A DNA stretch of 64,000 bases from assembly GCA_029858345.1 (NCBI GenBank), contig JAOUFG010000002.1, positions 13,903 to 77,902 on the forward strand. Reading direction: 5' to 3'. The notes under the pieces were generated by a model. It made no database searches, had not been told where the DNA came from, and worked only from the letters and a program-made list of their open reading frames with translations. Positions 19,235 to 27,785 of the stretch are shown here, one piece after another (positions within the stretch are counted from its first letter, which is position 1; the number at the start of each line of letters is the position of its first letter). This DNA is from Phycisphaerae bacterium (GTDB lineage Bacteria; Planctomycetota; Phycisphaerae; Sedimentisphaerales; Anaerohalosphaeraceae). The position numbers were made by a program, and so were the translations under genes.

Positions 19235-19852
19235 ATGAATCTATTAAAACAGGCAGGCCATTCGGATGGCCAAAACGAAGTCGTGGCGTATGCCGAAACC
19301 ACCATCGAAATCTTAGCCAAAGAACTGATCGGTAAATGCGGGATTACTCCAGACGATCTGGAGGATATTGAGCAGGAAATGATGATCGATCTGCTACGGC
19401 GGCTTGGCAATTATGACCGATCCAAAGCCAAGCTAACCACCTTTATCAAGCGGGTGCTTGAACGTAAAATCGCCAATATCCTGCGCCAACGCTGTACGGA
19501 AAAAGAGTTCTTAAATCGCTCATGTCTGAGCCTGGAAAAGTCCATTCAGTCATACGACACGCCTGGCGAACACATAACGCTGGGCGACACCGTAACGACA
19601 GAATACTATGACAAAACCGTTCGCGGCAAAATGCGAAGCCGCGAAGACGAGCGTCAGCTTGTTTTCGATGTCCGTCAGATCGTAGCGGTTTTTCCGGATG
19701 AACTTCGTATCGCTTGCGAACATCTGCTCTCTGGCAAAAGCGTCAGCGAGACAGCCAATTTGGTCGGCATCAAACGCTCCACATTCTATGAAAAGGTTCT
19801 GGCACCCATCCGCGAGGCGTTCCAAGCGGCTGATCTAAAAAATTATCTGTAA
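19235..19852 (+). CDS. Sigma-70/ECF-like sigma factor (prophage early region)
   Basis: Region-2-like EQEMMIDLLRRLGNYD...TFIKRVLERKIANILRQ and region-4 HTH LSGKSVSETANLVGIKRSTFYEKV. ATG at 19235 is preceded by AGGAG; the track start at 19055 runs through the upstream terminator. Confidence 0.7.
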   Translation: MNLLKQAGHSDGQNEVVAYAETTIEILAKELIGKCGITPDDLEDIEQEMMIDLLRRLGNYDRSKAKLTTFIKRVLERKIANILRQRCTEKEFLNRSCLSLEKSIQSYDTPGEHITLGDTVTTEYYDKTVRGKMRSREDERQLVFDVRQIVAVFPDELRIACEHLLSGKSVSETANLVGIKRSTFYEKVLAPIREAFQAADLKNYL

Positions 19853-19983
19853 ATCTCCGACACCCGGCCTCTGCGCCGGGTAAGTAATGGGTACACCAAT
19901 AAAACAATTTTATTAAACAGGAAAAACAATATGAACAACACAATTCAAAAATTCAAAGTTTGCGAAGCAAAGGAGGTGGCGTA

Positions 19984-20277
19984 ATGGCTAAATCACGTCG
20001 AACCGATCCGGTCACCTCCCATCAGGCCGCTCACGAAGTGGAAAAATCAGGTCGTGCGGCATCACATCGGGCGATGTGTCTTGCTTCGGTAAATATGCGT
20101 CCGGGACAGACCGCCGCCGAAATCGCTGTCCATACTGGCCTTGAGCGTCACGCGCCAAGCCGCCGCCTGCCGGAATTGCGGGACCAGGGGCTAATCGCTA
20201 ACGGACAGTCCAGGGTTTGCACTGCCACCGGCAGATTAAGCTTAGTCTGGCTGCCAGTGGCGGGAGGTATCAGATGA
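19984..20277 (+). CDS. Winged-helix DNA-binding protein
   Basis: DPVTSHQAAHEV...GQTAAEIA...RRLPELRDQGLI pattern typical of small phage wHTH proteins. AAGGAGG RBS before the ATG at 19984. Confidence 0.6.
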   Translation: MAKSRRTDPVTSHQAAHEVEKSGRAASHRAMCLASVNMRPGQTAAEIAVHTGLERHAPSRRLPELRDQGLIANGQSRVCTATGRLSLVWLPVAGGIR

Positions 20278-21074
20278 ACCGTCCGAAATGGCTCATTGAA
20301 GAACCGGCGGATATATATCACGCCCAGCGAAATAAGTATCTGAGCAGTCACCAACTGATCGATTTCATGAAATGCCCATATCTGCATTACAAAAAGCGCC
20401 AAGGGCTGATTACAGAGAAAGAATCCACCTCTTATCTGATTGGGCGTGCTGCTCATACACGGATATTAGAAGGAAGCGCCGCTTTCGCACTGGATTTCGC
20501 GGTGGACGGTCCGACCAATCCTACAACCGGCAAACCCTATGGCAGCCTGACAAAGAAGTTCGCTGAATGGAAGGCGAAGCAGAATAAACCCGTGCTGACA
20601 TTAGAGCAGGCGGACTTAATTGATCAGATGGCTTCCGGCGTTGCCCTCAATGACATTGCCGTCGAACTGCTCTCTTGGGGTCTGGCTGAAGGTGTTGTTC
20701 GGACCCAGTATTGCGAGGTCCTCTCGCAGATTCGTATCGATTGGCTTCATCCTGAAAAGGGAATTGTGGACCTGAAAACCTGCGACGACCTGACCTGGTT
20801 TGAGGCGGACGCCCGCCGCTATCGCTATCACAACCAGATGGCATTTTATCAAGCGGTATTGAACAAGGAAGTCGGTGAACTTGTGCCGGTCCACATCATC
20901 GCTGTTGAAAAGAAAGAACCCTTCCGCTGTGGTGTCTGGCGCGTGTCCAACGATTGCCTGACTACAGCTCGGCAGGAAAATGAGGCGGCCATCGGCCGCC
21001 TCATATCCTGTCTCCATCACAACCAATGGCCAACGGGTTATGAGCAGATTCGGCTGTTGGATTCATTTTTTTAG
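20274..21074 (+). CDS. PD-(D/E)xK exonuclease (phage RecB/Cas4-like)
   Basis: IDWLHPEKGIVDLKTCDD core (D...D/ExK). The ATG at 20274 overlaps the previous stop (ATGA). Confidence 0.65.
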   Translation: MNRPKWLIEEPADIYHAQRNKYLSSHQLIDFMKCPYLHYKKRQGLITEKESTSYLIGRAAHTRILEGSAAFALDFAVDGPTNPTTGKPYGSLTKKFAEWKAKQNKPVLTLEQADLIDQMASGVALNDIAVELLSWGLAEGVVRTQYCEVLSQIRIDWLHPEKGIVDLKTCDDLTWFEADARRYRYHNQMAFYQAVLNKEVGELVPVHIIAVEKKEPFRCGVWRVSNDCLTTARQENEAAIGRLISCLHHNQWPTGYEQIRLLDSFF

Positions 21075-21165
21075 CATTTTTTACGCTTCAGGCCGGTCTG
21101 CGGTCGGAGTGGGTTCCCCTATAACGAATGCGACCCTGACTCCCTCCCGCCGCCTGAAGCATTTC

Positions 21166-21233
21166 GGCGAGGAAAACGGTTTTGCACGGGTCTCATAAGC
21201 CCGTGGTTGTCGGTTCGACTCCGGCACTCGCCT
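21166..21233 (+). other. tRNA-like element (Met-CAU-type anticodon arm, canonical T-arm, acceptor) with a truncated D-arm
   Basis: Hand fold: acceptor GGCGAG(G)/(A)CTCGCC, anticodon stem CGGGT/GCCCG with loop CTCATAA, and T-arm GTCGG-TTCGACT-CCGGC. Only 13 nt lie where a D-arm should be. Confidence 0.3.
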
Positions 21234-21286
21234 TGGACCCGGCCGGTCAAATCAGAAATATCACTTTAATCACAGGATCAAAAAAC

Positions 21287-22024
21287 ATGACAATTTTTGA
21301 ATCAACACTTAACCAAACCCATATGCGAGCCCCGAAGGGCATCGTGTACGGTCCGCCGGGGATCGGCAAGACCACATTCGGTGCGAGCACACACAAACCG
21401 ATTATTGTGGATTGTGAAAACGGCGCTGCTCATGTGCAGTGTGACCGGACGCCGTATCTGTCTGACTGGAATGTGATCATGCCTTGGCTTCAGGCCCTGG
21501 CCTATGATGATCATACCTATGGAACAGTCGTCATCGACTCGATTGACTGGCTCCTGCGGCGGTTGGAAGAGCGTGTTGCTGGTGTCAACGGCCAAGTCGA
21601 AAACATGGACAAGACCATGAATCGCTCCCATGGTGGCTACGGAAACGGAAAACAGGTGCTTCGCAACTATGTCTATCAGTATCTGCTGCCGACATTGGAT
21701 GCGATTGTCAACCGGGGCATTTCGGTCGTGTTACTGGCGCATGTCTCACGCAGAACCTTCACAACCATCGACGGCATCACCATGGAAAAATCCGCTCCGG
21801 AAATCCATCCGGACCTGATGAACACGATCATCGAATGGTCGGATTTTGTCGGTGCGGCTCGAGCGGATGGTGACTGTCGCGAGCTGGTCTTAAATGAAAC
21901 GGGTCAGCTGATGGCCAAGAACCGCTATGGAATCACAGATGTATTGCCGCTGGACTGGAACTACCTGATGGGGGCAATGAACACACAGCAAACTCAAATC
22001 ACAGGAGAAACAAGTAATGGCTAA
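21287..22024 (+). CDS. Sak4-like RecA-fold AAA ATPase
   Basis: Walker A VYGPPGIGKTT and Walker B-like VVIDSID. It is followed by a DUF669-like gene, as in Sak4 recombination modules. Confidence 0.7.
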   Translation: MTIFESTLNQTHMRAPKGIVYGPPGIGKTTFGASTHKPIIVDCENGAAHVQCDRTPYLSDWNVIMPWLQALAYDDHTYGTVVIDSIDWLLRRLEERVAGVNGQVENMDKTMNRSHGGYGNGKQVLRNYVYQYLLPTLDAIVNRGISVVLLAHVSRRTFTTIDGITMEKSAPEIHPDLMNTIIEWSDFVGAARADGDCRELVLNETGQLMAKNRYGITDVLPLDWNYLMGAMNTQQTQITGETSNG

Positions 22025-22475
22025 TCTGAACAATTTCAACGCAAACGAAGTCGAACCGAATGTGGGCTTTGAACCGGTGCCGGCGAATAAGTACATCGCC
22101 ATGATCACCGCCTCGGAAATGAAACCGACCAAAAACAGCGATGGCAGTTATCTCGAACTGGAACTGACCATTCTGGATGGTCCGTTCAAGGACCGCAAGG
22201 TCTGGGATCGGCTGTGTCTGAATCATCCGAATCCCCAAACGGTCAAGATCGCACGCGGGTATTTGTCATCCGTTTGTCGCGCGGTCGGCGTCATGCAGCC
22301 CAAGGACAGTTGTGATTTGCACAATATCCCAATGTGTATCACGGTCAAATGCAAAAAGCGTGATGACAACGGCGAAATCACCAACGAGGTCCGGGGGTAT
22401 GCCAAAAAGGAAAGTGCTGCGGGCAAACCTCAACAGGCGGCGTCCACGGATAACACACCTCCCTGGAAGCGATAA
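22017..22475 (+). CDS. DUF669-like phage protein (putative SSB partner of Sak4)
   Basis: N-terminal NANEVEPNVGFEPVPANKY...LELELTILDGPFKDRKVWDRL resembles DUF669. It overlaps the ATPase gene by 8 nt. Confidence 0.55.
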   Translation: MANLNNFNANEVEPNVGFEPVPANKYIAMITASEMKPTKNSDGSYLELELTILDGPFKDRKVWDRLCLNHPNPQTVKIARGYLSSVCRAVGVMQPKDSCDLHNIPMCITVKCKKRDDNGEITNEVRGYAKKESAAGKPQQAASTDNTPPWKR

Positions 22476-22477
22476 CC

Positions 22478-22774
22478 GTGAACGCCAAGGCTAAGGGTAC
22501 GCGCCTGGAACGCAAGACGATCAAGATGCTGCAGTCGGCCGGATACATCTGTATCCGGTCGGCGGCATCGCTCGGGCCATTCGACATCATCGCAATCAAT
22601 CATTTGGGACTGCGATGTATCCAGGTCAAGGCCAATGACTGGCCGCGACCGGTCGAACGAGAAGACCTGCAGGCAGCGGCGAAGAGTCTGCCGCCCAATG
22701 CTCTGATCGAATGCTGGCGCTGGAACGATAACGCCAGAGAACCTGTCATCAAACTATTGGAAGAATTCAACTGA
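22478..22774 (+). CDS. Hjc-like Holliday-junction resolvase (PD-(D/E)xK)
   Basis: KGTRLERK...GPFDIIAI...IQVK arrangement (E, D, xVK). Small size, in the recombination module. Confidence 0.55.
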   Translation: MNAKAKGTRLERKTIKMLQSAGYICIRSAASLGPFDIIAINHLGLRCIQVKANDWPRPVEREDLQAAAKSLPPNALIECWRWNDNAREPVIKLLEEFN

Positions 22775-22790
22775 AACGAAAGGATCAAAC

Positions 22791-23036
22791 ATGGAATTTG
22801 TATTTGCTCTTATTTTGGGTGCTTGTATCGGACTGATCATCGGTATTTTGACGGGCCTGGAGCTGGCTGCAAAGCCGGATGTCAACAGCCAGGTTGACGA
22901 TCTGAACACGCAGGCTCAGAAGAATCTGGATGAGTTTCAAGAAACGCAATATCAAATCACACAGGTCAGCCAGAAAGCGGACATGATTCAGCGAGGCCTT
23001 AAATCCAAAATCACCGAACTGGTTAATCAGGAATAA
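22791..23036 (+). CDS. Small membrane-anchored coiled-coil protein
   Basis: N-terminal TM FVFALILGACIGLIIGILTGL followed by a polar helical tail. Confidence 0.5.
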   Translation: MEFVFALILGACIGLIIGILTGLELAAKPDVNSQVDDLNTQAQKNLDEFQETQYQITQVSQKADMIQRGLKSKITELVNQE

Positions 23037-23075
23037 GATTGCGATGTCCTAATATCAGCTGTTACTCGAACTCGA

Positions 23076-23405
23076 ATGACCACTTTAAAACAGGAAATAG
23101 AAATTATGCAGACCTTAAAAAATATCCCCATCGCCGAATTGACGGCCATTCGCACAGATGAAAATAAACTCAAAACGGTTTCAAGATTAGAAGGCTTTGG
23201 ACATCAAGTTCCGAACAGCCGGTATTTCAGGACATTTTGCATTGACTGTCACACTCCAATGCGGGTCAGCCACAATCGCCTCGATATACCGATTCGCTGC
23301 GAAGAGTGTGATCCCAAGCATGTCGGGTGCACAAGCCCCCAAACAGGACTTGACGGTCTTGACAAAGATGTTGATGCCTTCAGTCCATCATGGAAGTGCG
23401 CATGA
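23076..23405 (+). CDS. Zinc-ribbon protein
   Basis: CIDCH...CEECDPKH paired Cys motifs. Confidence 0.5.
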   Translation: MTTLKQEIEIMQTLKNIPIAELTAIRTDENKLKTVSRLEGFGHQVPNSRYFRTFCIDCHTPMRVSHNRLDIPIRCEECDPKHVGCTSPQTGLDGLDKDVDAFSPSWKCA

Positions 23406-23542
23406 GATATGAAAAACTGTTCCCAACCCTATTAATCATTTTGGACCTCTGCGCAGCAATGGCCTATATGCCTTCCGGTAACTGGCGACAAGTAATTTAC
23501 TGGCTCGCCGCTGCGGTCTTAACAACCTGTGTGACGTATTAA
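23402..23542 (+). CDS. Small hydrophobic protein (46 aa), not in the track
   Basis: My translation is MRYEKLFPTLLIILDLCAAMAYMPSGNWRQVIYWLAAAVLTTCVTY. Its ATG overlaps the previous stop (ATGA) and it ends 2 nt before the helicase ATG. Confidence 0.45.
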   Translation: MRYEKLFPTLLIILDLCAAMAYMPSGNWRQVIYWLAAAVLTTCVTY

Positions 23543-23544
23543 AT

Positions 23545-25266
23545 ATGCAATTACGCGATTACCAACAAGAATCTGTCGATGCGGTGTATGAGTATCTTCG
23601 AAATCGGGATGGCAATCCTTGTATTGTCATCCCGACCGCTGGGGGAAAAACGCCGGTGATGTCAACCATCTGTACCGACGCGGTTAATCTGTGGGATGGT
23701 CGTGTGCTGGTATTGGCGCATGTCAAAGAACTGCTCGAGCAGACGGCCGGGACATTGAGCAAGGTGGCTCCGGATCTGGACATTGGGATTTATTCGGCAG
23801 GACTGAATCGGCGCGATACCGAGCACAGCATTGTCGTTGCCGGGATTCAGTCGGTGTATCGTCGGGCTTCTGACCTGGGGGCGTTTGATTTAATTCTGAT
23901 TGATGAGGCTCATATGCTTCCGCCCGATGGCGAGGGCATGTATCGTACCTTTCTGCAGGATGCACAGGTTGTCAATCCGAATATTCGGCTGATTGGTTTG
24001 ACGGCAACACCGTTTCGGATGAGTTCGGGTATGATCTGTGGGCCGGACAATCTGCTCACGGACGTCTGTTATGAAGTCGGCGTCAAAGAACTGATCATAA
24101 AGGGATATTTGTGCCCTCTAAAAAGTAAGGCGGGTCGACAAAAGGCTGATACCTCCGGGCTGCACCTTCGCGGTGGCGAATTTATTGCCACCGAAGTCGA
24201 GGATTTGATGGACCAGGACGCCTTAGTTTCCTCTGCCTGCAGCGAGATCATTGAGCAGACGGCAGATCGTAACAATGTCCTTGTGTTTGCATCGGGTGTC
24301 GGACATGCGCGGCACATTCAAAAACTCCTGCAGGAACGCAGCAAACAGGAAGTTGGATTGGTCACCGGTGATACACCGGCCCCGGAGCGTGCCGAACTGT
24401 TGGCTCGTTTCAAGGGAGAAGTCGTCAAAGCCGATTTATTCGGCAATAATAAGCCGCCATTGAAGTTTCTGGTCAATGTCAATGTGCTGACCACCGGATT
24501 TGACGCTCCAAATATCGATTGTGTAGTTCTGCTTCGGCCGACGAATTCGCCGGGGCTTTACTATCAAATGGTCGGCCGTGGATTCCGGCTGCATCCATCG
24601 AAAGAGAACTGTTTGGTGCTGGATTTTGGCGGCAACATCCTGCGGCATGGACCGGTGGATAGTTTAGAGATCAAAGATCGTTCGACCGGTACGGGTGATG
24701 CACCCGCCAAGGAGTGTCCTGAGTGTCATTCAGTTATTCATGCGGCCTATGCAACGTGTCCTGACTGCGGATATGAATTTCCACCACCGGACCGGCAAAA
24801 ACATGATAGTTCTGCCACTAGCGCCGGCATCTTATCCGGTCAGACGGAGGATACCGAATACCCCGTTTATGATACGCTGTATCATTTCCACATTAAGCGT
24901 AATGCGGGGGCAGATGATCGGCCGACGCTGCGGGTTCAGTACAACATTGGTTTTAATCAATGGATCTCCGAATGGGTCTGTTTAGAGCACACGGGCTATG
25001 CCCGAAGCAAAGCCGAGGGTTGGTGGAGAGCACGAAGCAATGAATTGATTCCTGATACGATTGAGCAAGCGATTGATCTTGCTGAGTCTGGCGCATTAGC
25101 AGAAACCGAGCAGATTACTGTTCGCAGTGTTGCCGGCCAAAAGTATGACCGCATCATCAATTATCAACTGGGTTCCAAGCCGCCATTGTTGGATGGCAGT
25201 GAGGAACGAGATGATGGTACTCTGCCAGAATACGGCTATCAATACGACGATGAAATCCCATTTTAA
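23545..25266 (+). CDS. SF2 DEAD/DEAH-box helicase with a Zn-ribbon
   Basis: PTAGGKT (motif I), LIDEAH (motif II), helicase-C motifs (VLTTGFDAP, QMVGRGFR) and CPECH...CPDCG. Confidence 0.8.
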   Translation: MQLRDYQQESVDAVYEYLRNRDGNPCIVIPTAGGKTPVMSTICTDAVNLWDGRVLVLAHVKELLEQTAGTLSKVAPDLDIGIYSAGLNRRDTEHSIVVAGIQSVYRRASDLGAFDLILIDEAHMLPPDGEGMYRTFLQDAQVVNPNIRLIGLTATPFRMSSGMICGPDNLLTDVCYEVGVKELIIKGYLCPLKSKAGRQKADTSGLHLRGGEFIATEVEDLMDQDALVSSACSEIIEQTADRNNVLVFASGVGHARHIQKLLQERSKQEVGLVTGDTPAPERAELLARFKGEVVKADLFGNNKPPLKFLVNVNVLTTGFDAPNIDCVVLLRPTNSPGLYYQMVGRGFRLHPSKENCLVLDFGGNILRHGPVDSLEIKDRSTGTGDAPAKECPECHSVIHAAYATCPDCGYEFPPPDRQKHDSSATSAGILSGQTEDTEYPVYDTLYHFHIKRNAGADDRPTLRVQYNIGFNQWISEWVCLEHTGYARSKAEGWWRARSNELIPDTIEQAIDLAESGALAETEQITVRSVAGQKYDRIINYQLGSKPPLLDGSEERDDGTLPEYGYQYDDEIPF

Positions 25267-25276
25267 GAGGGTTTAG

Positions 25277-27436
25277 GTGATAGATAACGCAAAACATTAC
25301 TTGGACGCCGAACTTTCTGTTCTGCCCGCTAAACGCCAGGACAAACGCCCTTGTGTTGGCTCCTGGAAACAGTATCAAAATCGTTTGCCAACTCAAGCCG
25401 AAATCGATGCTTGGTTCAGCAATCCGCAAGATGGCGTCTGTATTATTACCGGTGCGGTTTCGGGAAACCTTGAGATCATCGACTTTGATAATGGCGGAGA
25501 GTTGTTTGACGCATGGTATGGCCAGATCTCCGCTGGCCTGCGGGACCGATTAGTTGTTGAACAGACTCCTTCTGGTGGGTGGCATGTGATTTATCGCTGC
25601 GAAACCGACATCTGCGGGAATATGAAGCTGGCACAGCGGAAAAACGGTAGTAAAATCCATACCTTGATTGAAACCCGTGGTGAAGGCGGGCTATTTTTAT
25701 GTGCTCCAACGGCTGGGTACGAGCTGATGCAGGGTGAATTGACGAATGTGCCTGTTCTGAGCAGTGATGAGCGTCAGCAACTTCTGGAGTCGGCATGGAT
25801 GCTAAATGAACACTGCCCGGCGGTCGCTCATGAGCCCCAAACCCAAACCGCACGAACCGACGAAACATTACGCCCCGGCGATGATTACAACGCTCGCGGT
25901 GATATCGAAACGCTGCTTCGAAATCATGGCTGGCAACAGATTGAGGTTAATGACAAGAATCAGCTGTGGCGCAGGCCCGGGAAAAGTGGCGGCAGTCATT
26001 CGGCGACGTTGTGGAACGAGTCAAAGGTCTTCTATGTGTTCAGCACCAATGCAGCGCCGTTTGAAGCCAATACGCCATATTCACCATTTATGACTTTTAC
26101 GCTGCTGGAACATGGGGGGGATTTCAGCAAAGCGGCGTCAGCGCTATCCAAACAGGGGTACGGAGAAAGGCCTCAGCAAATTCCTGAACAAAACGATGAT
26201 GTTGATTTGTCGGGGATGCTATCAAATGAGGATGACGAAGATGAATGGGATGATGGAGCCATTTCACTAACTGAACTGATCGCCAATTTTCAGGGGCTCA
26301 ATAAGCCGCTGATTCATGGCCTGCTTCGTGAAGGTGAGACGATGAACATTATCGCCTCGCCGAAGATCGGTAAGTCCTGGCTGGTCAACTCGCTGACAAT
26401 CTCCATTGCATCAGGAATGGACTGGCTGGGATTTAAGATCAATCCGGGACGCGTGCTCCTAATCGATAATGAGCTTCATCTCAATACGACCACCTATCGC
26501 TACATGGAAGTGACCAAGGCGCTGGGATTGCCGAGCCATCTGTTCAGTGATAATTTAAAAGTCAAATCTCTGCGGGGCCAACTGAAGGACATGAACCAAT
26601 TGTCTGACATGTTCAAAAAGATTAAACCGGGCAAATACGATGTCATCGTAATCGATGCGTTCTATCGTACGCTGCCGGTCGGAACCGATGAAAATGACAA
26701 CGGTGCGATTGCTGGGCTGTATAACCAGCTGGATGTCCATGCCAATCGGCTCAAATGCGCATTTATTCTGATCCACCACACAAGCAAAGGCAATCAGTCC
26801 AATAAATCCATCACCGATGTGGGGGCAGGGGCAGGAGCACAATCACGCGCTGCGGATACACATGTGATTCTGCGGGGTCATGAAGAGGATGATAAAGTTG
26901 TCATGGATGCAGCCACACGCAGCTGGCCGCCATTGAAAACGCTGGTGCTGGCCAAGCAGCACCCGTTGTTTGTGATTGATGATGATGCGGACCCGACAGC
27001 TCTGGCCGGCTCCCTCAAAACCAGCCCATCAAAGAAACAGCTAACCCTGGAAGAGTTCGTGGACAGCTGTGTGGCATCCCAGGACCCCTGCTCACAACGG
27101 GCGGTGGTTTATGAATCTGGCCAGCAGTACAGCCTCTCTGAACGCCGGGCTAAAGAGATGCTCCTTCTGGCTGAGGACCGAGGGCTGGTAACAACAATTA
27201 CCACCGGTTCAACCGAGCAATTTGTTGCCATCCGGCCTGGGATCAGTGGTGAAAAAGGATACTGGGCCGCAGCACTTTTGACCCATGAACTGGAGCCGAA
27301 CACCGCAGAAATCGCTCGAAAAACCGGCGCATCTGAGCGTCATGTCCGACGAATTAAGGCTCTTCTGGAAGCGGACATGAACCCGGACATGGGCCGGACA
27401 TCGGACATGGCCATGTCCGCTCCATGTCCGCCTTAA
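25277..27436 (+). CDS. Primase-polymerase (bifunctional prim-pol N-domain) fused to a RepA/AAA_25-like ATPase and a C-terminal HTH
   Basis: N-terminal LSVLPAKRQDKRPCVGSWKQYQNRLPTQAEIDAWF, central P-loop ASPKIGKSW with LIHHTSKG, and C-terminal TAEIARKTGASERHVRRI. Confidence 0.75.
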   Translation: MIDNAKHYLDAELSVLPAKRQDKRPCVGSWKQYQNRLPTQAEIDAWFSNPQDGVCIITGAVSGNLEIIDFDNGGELFDAWYGQISAGLRDRLVVEQTPSGGWHVIYRCETDICGNMKLAQRKNGSKIHTLIETRGEGGLFLCAPTAGYELMQGELTNVPVLSSDERQQLLESAWMLNEHCPAVAHEPQTQTARTDETLRPGDDYNARGDIETLLRNHGWQQIEVNDKNQLWRRPGKSGGSHSATLWNESKVFYVFSTNAAPFEANTPYSPFMTFTLLEHGGDFSKAASALSKQGYGERPQQIPEQNDDVDLSGMLSNEDDEDEWDDGAISLTELIANFQGLNKPLIHGLLREGETMNIIASPKIGKSWLVNSLTISIASGMDWLGFKINPGRVLLIDNELHLNTTTYRYMEVTKALGLPSHLFSDNLKVKSLRGQLKDMNQLSDMFKKIKPGKYDVIVIDAFYRTLPVGTDENDNGAIAGLYNQLDVHANRLKCAFILIHHTSKGNQSNKSITDVGAGAGAQSRAADTHVILRGHEEDDKVVMDAATRSWPPLKTLVLAKQHPLFVIDDDADPTALAGSLKTSPSKKQLTLEEFVDSCVASQDPCSQRAVVYESGQQYSLSERRAKEMLLLAEDRGLVTTITTGSTEQFVAIRPGISGEKGYWAAALLTHELEPNTAEIARKTGASERHVRRIKALLEADMNPDMGRTSDMAMSAPCPP

Positions 27437-27585
27437 GTCTATTAAATGAAATGACTTAAGTCCAAAGCGGACACCGGACATGAGACATGTCTCAAAACGT
27501 GTCTCATGTCCGCAAGATCGAAAATGATAAACCTTTAAAAGAAAAGAAGTTATGAATTTTTCTCGCGGACATATGACCGGACATG
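27341..27585. repeat. Iteron/palindrome field: at least 10 copies of CGGACATG/CATGTCCG plus two inverted repeats
   Basis: Copies at 27341, 27372, 27384, 27395 (variant), 27402, 27412, 27423, 27475, 27505, 27566 (variant) and 27578. A perfect 13-bp inverted repeat lies at 27475-27487/27500-27512, and CTTAAGTC/GACTTAAG at 27432-27460. Confidence 0.8.
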
Positions 27586-27785
27586 AGCACACCACTCCCC
27601 TACGGGGAGTAGTGCGGGCGTCTGAAACGCCCCGCACAACACCCCAAATCGTAGGGCTTTTCCGGGAAAATCAACGGGTCCTCCCTAAAAAATAAAAGAC
27701 ATGAGGCCACGGGAACGAGTCGCATTACATAGGACACTTTTTTTTAATCGCGTTTTTTTCATTAACCCTTAAATCGGAGATTTTT

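Noticed and set aside
19930-19983. 17-codon mini-ORF (MNNTIQKFKVCEAKEVA) ending TAATG at the wHTH gene start
   Set aside because: It is too short to support as a gene. Its 3' part simply contains the AAGGAGG RBS of the downstream gene. A leader-peptide role is possible but unsupported.
21166-21233. Annotating the tRNA-like element as a functional tRNA-Met
   Set aside because: The D-arm region is about 4-5 nt too short for a canonical cloverleaf and the acceptor stem has a mismatch. I keep it as 'tRNA-like' pending covariance-model scoring.
27341-27585. Possible CRISPR array
   Set aside because: The repeat units are only 7-8 bp, irregularly spaced, in both orientations and partly inside a gene. 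No cas genes are in the window. It fits iterons or operators, not CRISPR.
27209-27637. 142-aa minus-strand ORF across the primase 3' end and the intergenic region
   Set aside because: It is generated by the repeated CATGTCCG units (iteron field) and overlaps the well-supported primase gene, so I treat it as non-coding.
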